Assembly (NCBI GenBank): GCA_001643675.2
Contig: LSRY02000065.1
Coordinates: 186,001-250,000, forward strand
Length of the DNA: 64,000 bases
Source of the DNA: Monocercomonoides exilis PA203
Lineage: Eukaryota > Protista > Preaxostyla
Direction of reading: 5' to 3'
The notes beneath the pieces were generated by a model. It had not been told where the DNA came from and made no database searches. It saw only the letters and a list, made by a program, of their open reading frames with translations. The translations under genes were made by a program, and so were the position numbers. Shown here piece by piece: positions 59,301 to 64,000 of this stretch; the stretch's first letter is position 1, and each line of letters opens with the position of its first letter.

Positions 59301-62300
59301 CGATGGAATAGGAGAAGAAGGCGAAGGCGAAGGAGAAGGAGAAAAAGAAGGAGAAAGAGAAGGAGATTGTGTGTGAATGGCAGACGCCTCTGACAAAGTG
59401 GATGGGAAGGACAGATTCATCGGCAAACTGGCTTCATTTGTGAAGCTGTGTGGATTGATTGGGAAGGAAGCCAGGGAAGAATCACGCGAGATGGAGGAAT
59501 TGGGGCAAAGAGAAAGATTTCCAGTGAGTTTGTCTGCTTCTTCTCTTTCTTCTCTTTCTCCTTCTCCAAATCTGCCGAGGCTGGAAGAAGAAGGAACAGA
59601 AAGAGCAGAAAGAGCAGAAAGAGGGGGAGAAGAAGAAGAGGAAGAATGCGAAAAAGCAGAGATTTCAGTGCAGAGTGACTCAGAGATGGAGGAATGGGAC
59701 GGCTTTAGAGAGGAGGCAGAGCTTGAGTGGTTGTGGGAGAAAAGAGGGAGGGAACAGCTGGGGCTGGAGGAGAGGACTGAGGAAGGAGAAGGAGAAGGAG
59801 AAGAGGAAGGAGAAGAGGAAGGAGAGTGGGGGAGAAGGGAAGAAGGAGAGGAAGAGGAAGAGGAAGAGGATGAGTTGATGAGGTATGAGTAGTGAGGAAG
59901 GGAATTGTGAAAAGTTGAAGATGAAGAGGAAGAGGAAGAGGAGGAGGAAGAGGAAGAAGAGGTTGAAGAAGATGAAGAAATGCCTTCGTCCAACACTGCA
60001 ACATTTGCAATCGGAACTTTCAAATTTCCATTTGCTTGATCTTCATCTTCATCACCAACGTCATCATCCATCGAAACTTTAGAATCTGATCCCAAAGAAA
60101 GAGAAGAGGAAGAAGAAGAAGAAGAAGAAGAAGAACAAGAGGAAGAAGAAGAAGAGGAGGACTGAGCCAAACAAGGCAAAACTGAAGGAATCTTGCGAAA
60201 AGCACCGAAAATCTCCAGAGCTGCGTCAGAAAAGGCAACAAAGGGGGTTTTGGGGACGGTTGAAGCATCTTGGAAGACTTCTATGGTTTTCTTGTTTTGG
60301 GCGAAAGATCGAATTAAAGAGGACAAAGAAGAAGAGAAAGAGACGAAAGAGTCAAAGAAAAGAGGTTTCACGCCAACAGACGAGAAGGAAGAGGTGTTGA
60401 ATAAAGAGCCGGTTGATTGAGTGGATTTTGCATTCAAAGAGAAAGAAGAGGAAGAGGAAGAGGAAGAAGAGGAATTTTCTTGTGATTCAATGAAAATGGT
60501 TGGCTCATCTTCCATTTCAATGCCAAGAATGGAGTTTTGTTTATTGTACTCTTCCTCTTCCTCTTCTCTTCCTTCTCCTTCTTTTCCTTCTTCTTCTTCA
60601 ATTTTGATATCATTTTCATTTCTTGTTTCCTTTTGAGAATTTGATGGCTGAGTGATGCTGATTTTCCTTTGCTTGTTTGTTGAGGTTGAGTCAATCGCTT
60701 CTTTTGATTCTTTTGTCTGTTGAGGCTTTTCGTTCTCTTTTTGTTTCTTCTTCTCTTTTTCTTTTTCTTTTTCTTTTCCCTTCTCCTTCTTCTTTTTCTC
60801 CTTTTCTTTTTCTTCTTCTGCTTCTACTGCTTTTGTTGTTTTTAACGTATTTCCATTTAAATCTGTTATTTTTATCTCTTCTCCTTCCATTTTGCCATTC
60901 TTTCCCATCGTCATCATCATCATCTTCTTCTTCTCCTCCTCCTCCTCTTCCTTCCCTTCCTTCCCTTCCTTCCCTCCATTCACATCAGAATAATCTCCAC
61001 TTCTTAATTTCTTTTCATCCTCATTCCCAATCGTCAAAATTCCTCTTGTTATTCCGTCCTTCATATTCATCTTCATCTTCATTCTCCTCATCTTCTCCCT
61101 TTCTCTTTCTCTTTCTCTTTCTCTTTCTCTCTCCCTCTCCTTTCCCTTCCAATCAGCCGAATGCAGAAGAGAAGGCGTGACATCAATAGAACAGCCAAAA
61201 CAAGGGAGCAATAGATTTGCTTTGCACAGAAGCGAGTCGATATCTTCCTGTGTTGTTATTCTTGTCTCTATTTCAGAAGAAATGATGGACGAGGCAAAGG
61301 GATCGAAGGGCGTTTTGAGGGGAAGAGGAAGAGGATGAGAGAGAGAAAGAGAATGTTGATGGATAAGAGAGAGGAATAAGGAGTCACGAGAAAGAGAAAG
61401 AGAAAGAGAAAGAGGGGTGTGGGGGGATGGGAGAGAGGAAGAAGGAAGAGAAGGAGAAGGAGAAGGAGAAGGAGAAGAAGAAAGAGAAAGAGAGGAGGGA
61501 AAAAGAGAAAGAGAGGAAGAAGAAAGAGAAAGAGAAGAGGATTGAGGTTGCATTTGTTCTTGTTCTTGTTCTTGTTCTTGTTTATTTTCTTGTTTGCTTT
61601 CTTTCCTTTCCTTTTCTTCTTTTTCTATTCTTCTTGTGATTTCTCTCTTTCCTTCAAACAACTCCACGATTCTTGCTTCTTCTTCCTTTCTTTTTGCTTC
61701 TTCATCAACTTTTCTTTCTTCCTTCTTCTCTTTCCCCTTCTCTTCTTCTCCCCTTTCCTCCTCCTCTTCCTCCCCTGTTTTTATCCCCATCCTCTCCATC
61801 ATCTTCTTCACCACTCCAATCGGATCAACCAGCGCCTCTTCCACTTCCAACAACTGGCTGTAAATGTGCTTCAGCTGAAGAGAATGCCACCAGCACAACT
61901 TTTGCGGCTGTATTTCTGTTGCCTCTTCTTCTTCTTCTTCTTCTTCTCTTTCTCTTTCTCTTTCTCTTTCTCTTTCTCTTTCTCTTTCTCTTTCTCTTTC
62001 TCTTTCTCTTTCTCTTTCTCTTTCTCTTTCTCTTTTCCTTCCATCTTCTCCTTCTTCTTTTTCATTTTTAATTTCCTTCTCAAAAAGATATTCTTCATCC
62101 TCACAATTTTGTAATTTTCGTTTATTTCTCCGAACAGCCGTGTTTCGAGCGCTTCCTAAATTGGCCATTCGTGTTCGGCAGAGGATGCGGAAGAGGACGG
62201 TTAAGGCTAGATCAAAAGTGGCTGTGCGGACTGTGAGTGCTGGGGGAAGGAGAGAAGAAGAAGAAGAAGAAGAAGAAGAATTAGATGATGATGATGAGCC

Positions 62301-64000
62301 AAACAATGGAGACACCACTGCCTCGTTCATCTTCTGCACTGACTGACTCAGAAATGTCAATATCCCATCCACCCATCGTGCATCATACTCAAATGCATCT
62401 TCATCCATTTCGTTTGTTTCATTTGTTTCATTAACTTCTTCCTTTTCTCTTTTATTTTGTTTATTTTGTTTATTTTTTCTTATATTTTCTTTATTTTCTG
62501 TATTGTTTTTATTGTTTTCTCTTATTTTCTGTGATATTTGAGCAGATAAATTTGACATGCCATTATTTTTGACATGTACAAATCTATGGAATTCATGGGC
62601 ATCTGTCAAATTTCCATTTTTATTTTTATTTTCATTTGCCTTTTTCGCTCCTTTCAAGCAATCTTCCATCAATTTGAATGAAAACTCCTTTTCTCTTTGA
62701 ATTTCTTCTGTTTTGTCTAATTTTGGAGGAGACGAAAAGATCATTGCGCCATTCACAACATCCACATAGATATCTGACAGAGAAGAAGAAGAAGAAGAAG
62801 AGAAAGAAGAAGAAGGAGAAGAAAAAAATGAATGAGAAGAAGGAGAGGAAGGAGAAGAAGGAGAGAAAGAAGGAGAAAATGAATGAGAAGGAGAAAAAGA
62901 AGAAGTTAAGGAAGGGGAAGAAGGAAAATGATTTCTATTTGTGTCAGGATATGATATTTGAGGGAGAATGTGAGGAGAAGGAATGAAATGAGGAGGAGAA
63001 GGGTGTTCAGAAGAGGAAGAGGAAGAGGAGGAAGAGAGAGAAGAAGAAGAAGAATGAAATGAGGAAGAAGAAGAAGAAAGAGAAAGAGAAAGAGAAGAAG
63101 AAGAAAGAGAAGAAGAATTACATGAAGAGGAAGAAGAAGAGGAAGAAGAACTAGAAAGTGGATCTGAAGTGGTGAATGTGAAGGAGAAAGAAGGAGAAGG
63201 AGAAGGAGAAGAAGATGACGATGAAGGCAACGCAAAAGAAGAACTTTGAGAAGAAACCGAAATGATGGAGGAAGGAGAAGAAGGACGTGATGAGGATGGC
63301 TGTGAGTGTGATTGCGAAAGAGAAGAAGAAATCTGATGAAAAGAAAAAGAAGAAGAAGAAGAAGAAGAATGTGAAAGAGGGCGAGTCATCGAAGGCAGAT
63401 GTCTTTTTGGCGTGGAAGGCATAAAAACTGGCTCGTTTCCCTCAAAAGATGGCATTTTGAGTGGAAAAGAAAGGATTTTGGTGCGAAAGAGAGGGAACTG
63501 GAGAACAAGGTTGTTGGGGGAGAGGGAAGGAGGGAGGAAGGAGAGAAGGGGAGAAGAAGGAGAAGAAAGAGAAGAAGAATTGAATGAAGAAGAAAGAGAA
63601 AGAGAAAGAGATGGAGAAGGAGAAGAAGAAGAAGAAGATGATGATGATGATGAGGAAGAGGAGGATGAAAGAGAAGAATTAAATGAAGAGGAAGGAGGAT
63701 GAGGAGAAGAAGAAGAAGAAGAAAAATGATAAGGATGATGAAGATGAGGGCGAAGACGAGGGTTAAATCCCAATTCAGACAAGAACTGGAAGGGGGTGTG
63801 GGGGTTGTTGAGGGCAGAGAGGAGGAAGAGAAGAGTGGAAATGGAAAGGGTATCATCAATTAGAAGAGAAGAAGGGGGAGAAGGAGAAGAAGAGGAAGAG
63901 GAAGAGGAGGAATTTTGAGTAAAGGAAAAGAAATCATCAGAGGAAGGAAGGAAAGGAGAAGGAGGAGGAGAAGAAGAATTTTCAATGTTATCATTGTTTA
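56370..64000 (-). CDS. Very large Ser-rich low-complexity protein, 5' end outside the window; possible degenerate GEF-like domains
   Basis: The frame stays open from the window edge to TGA at 56370-56372 (>2500 codons); poly-Ser and Glu/Lys/Arg tracts separate short globular-looking islands. Confidence 0.65.
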   Translation of the reverse strand, partial: NNDNIENSSSPPPSPFLPSSDDFFSFTQNSSSSSSSSSPSPPSSLLIDDTLSISTLLFLLSALNNPHTPFQFLSELGFNPRLRPHLHHPYHFSSSSSSPHPPSSSFNSSLSSSSSSSSSSSSSSSSPSPSLSLSLSSSFNSSSLSSPSSPLLSFLPPSLSPNNLVLQFPLFRTKILSFPLKMPSFEGNEPVFMPSTPKRHLPSMTRPLSHSSSSSSSFSFHQISSSLSQSHSQPSSSRPSSPSSIISVSSQSSSFALPSSSSSSPSPSPSFSFTFTTSDPLSSSSSSSSSSSCNSSSLSSSSLSLSLSSSSSSFHSSSSSLSSSSSSSSSEHPSPPHFIPSPHILPQISYPDTNRNHFPSSPSLTSSFSPSHSFSPSFSPSSPSSPSSHSFFSSPSSSFSSSSSSSLSDIYVDVVNGAMIFSSPPKLDKTEEIQREKEFSFKLMEDCLKGAKKANENKNKNGNLTDAHEFHRFVHVKNNGMSNLSAQISQKIRENNKNNTENKENIRKNKQNKQNKREKEEVNETNETNEMDEDAFEYDARWVDGILTFLSQSVQKMNEAVVSPLFGSSSSSNSSSSSSSSSLLPPALTVRTATFDLALTVLFRILCRTRMANLGSARNTAVRRNKRKLQNCEDEEYLFEKEIKNEKEEGEDGRKREREREREREREREREREREREREREREREEEEEEEEATEIQPQKLCWWHSLQLKHIYSQLLEVEEALVDPIGVVKKMMERMGIKTGEEEEEERGEEEKGKEKKEERKVDEEAKRKEEEARIVELFEGKREITRRIEKEEKERKESKQENKQEQEQEQEQMQPQSSSLSLSSSSLSLFPSSLSLSSSPSPSPSPSLPSSSLPSPHTPLSLSLSLSRDSLFLSLIHQHSLSLSHPLPLPLKTPFDPFASSIISSEIETRITTQEDIDSLLCKANLLLPCFGCSIDVTPSLLHSADWKGKEREREREREREREREKMRRMKMKMNMKDGITRGILTIGNEDEKKLRSGDYSDVNGGKEGKEGKEEEEEEKKKMMMMTMGKNGKMEGEEIKITDLNGNTLKTTKAVEAEEEKEKEKKKKEKGKEKEKEKEKKKQKENEKPQQTKESKEAIDSTSTNKQRKISITQPSNSQKETRNENDIKIEEEEGKEGEGREEEEEEYNKQNSILGIEMEDEPTIFIESQENSSSSSSSSSSFSLNAKSTQSTGSLFNTSSFSSVGVKPLFFDSFVSFSSSLSSLIRSFAQNKKTIEVFQDASTVPKTPFVAFSDAALEIFGAFRKIPSVLPCLAQSSSSSSSSCSSSSSSSSSSSLSLGSDSKVSMDDDVGDEDEDQANGNLKVPIANVAVLDEGISSSSSTSSSSSSSSSSSSSSSTFHNSLPHYSYLINSSSSSSSSSPSSLLPHSPSSSPSSSPSPSPSSVLSSSPSCSLPLFSHNHSSSASSLKPSHSSISESLCTEISAFSHSSSSSSPPLSALSALSVPSSSSLGRFGEGEREEREEADKLTGNLSLCPNSSISRDSSLASFPINPHSFTNEASLPMNLSFPSTLSEASAIHTQSPSLSPSFSPSPSPSPSSPIPSQTPLSPQSLQPIQSIQSIQSLNSLQSSQSYQSPHDPHSSIAKADSAGSLLLRGKEAATKHSSKDTNGMLPFSRNQLHSSTSFASYQSMFLSAPSAVPVKAAHGRTKSDVVNSRPSVSSSSSSSSSSFASPSSSVSSSQSSHPSQHPHTQQSTYQPSSLKSSLHFDELQSHSTSSFLRSINNSSSSSSKRRSMLCERPLVLQSSRAPAASLYLRLPSDEVEVLRGVTSLLWSMKAALSSLSLLDKDNNSNNSNGRSRSDRNNRNNRITDYPLFADEDGNTSRLDCLLPSSASSKHLAMLTKASTGRLFVSPGKAEGQTHSHSQSQTLMKTQTHTQNRTQSTMFSLKKRAESFTSSMFASEVSSSSIQLLCGTVLPFDPSLPRVMALVDGKHVPCATQITSNSLVLWKIQLSSSDANLLSSSSSLASSLNTDSYGLSKRMSKTQHTTKHSINHSAADIEDSQLSYSDQKGRGRSNSVPLFNKKHSTANISSSSSSSSSSSTGSHLEMKCIAAIPIASASLFVKPNSTTTKSTIASASLDSLAILHRHTTWKSTARQCSVAPCDLKRTSNERQMRHSRLRQRKYSSSSSSLCVPTVEKMKDSAVLAFPSSPSAPIALTPFPSAHKELPLLVADSTSRLGVSAKEKELSHSQLLFLHRLKCSCSKCASLPPTDPLRYLVSADSSGLQDPLHRSLNCSSSVSSSALSLNVSSSSSFSSSCASAFPSSSVGSSVSSSDPQTLSDTSAFSEQHSHSSLKRSRSLSPQKRQEKRADSQKASELQMRLASPNALILFTPLHKPAVFFAASSCKSTPFLSLAFPFALRYSPSKLSRQHRLQFPTCASQSSFASSLLSAQSAAEAQRLSVFTSVLSTESRSVSADIAKFASPQPFAELVVKGEADAQFMHSLNTTREGDEMYEVEQERAEAEKAQHRKNSASGQMSAYYTMPGSCEELVEMLHSASPSFDYLLASFLAAKQRLLFLS
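61945..62032 (-). repeat. (GAAAGA)n perfect hexamer microsatellite encoding an (ER)n tract
   Basis: tctctt repeated about 14 times on the plus strand. Confidence 0.85.

Noticed and set aside
1-64000. Alternative genetic code (TAR = Gln) for the whole window
   Set aside because: Multi-kb ORFs contain no in-frame TAA/TAG, and conserved genes end at TAA/TAG where expected.

Overview
AT-rich, intron-containing eukaryotic DNA using the standard genetic code (enolase and KDSR end in TAA, other genes in TGA/TAG). Gene style suggests a metamonad protist, probably an oxymonad such as Monocercomonoides; this is inference, not verified. Housekeeping genes: FCF1, KDSR/TSC10, PPWD1, enolase, an importin-alpha-like ARM protein, RBBP6/Mpe1 and RPL36. 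The most striking feature is an inverted pair of ~9 kb intronless genes for giant single-pass surface receptors (16309-25359 minus; 37529-46258 plus). They share a near-identical but patchwork modular beta-helix (Pmp-like) ectodomain, have dissimilar N-terminal heads, and carry different cytoplasmic tails (degenerate TKL pseudokinase versus no kinase). Also present: a Kelch/Cys-rich membrane protein, a 5'-truncated Ser-rich giant ORF, a frameshifted pogo/Tigger-type transposon with TIRs and a probable intron, and three families of non-autonomous TIR elements (two with AWWT target duplications, one Foldback-like) that recur together in two intergenic regions. No rRNA, tRNA or CRISPR array was recognised. 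Splice sites and identities were judged by eye.
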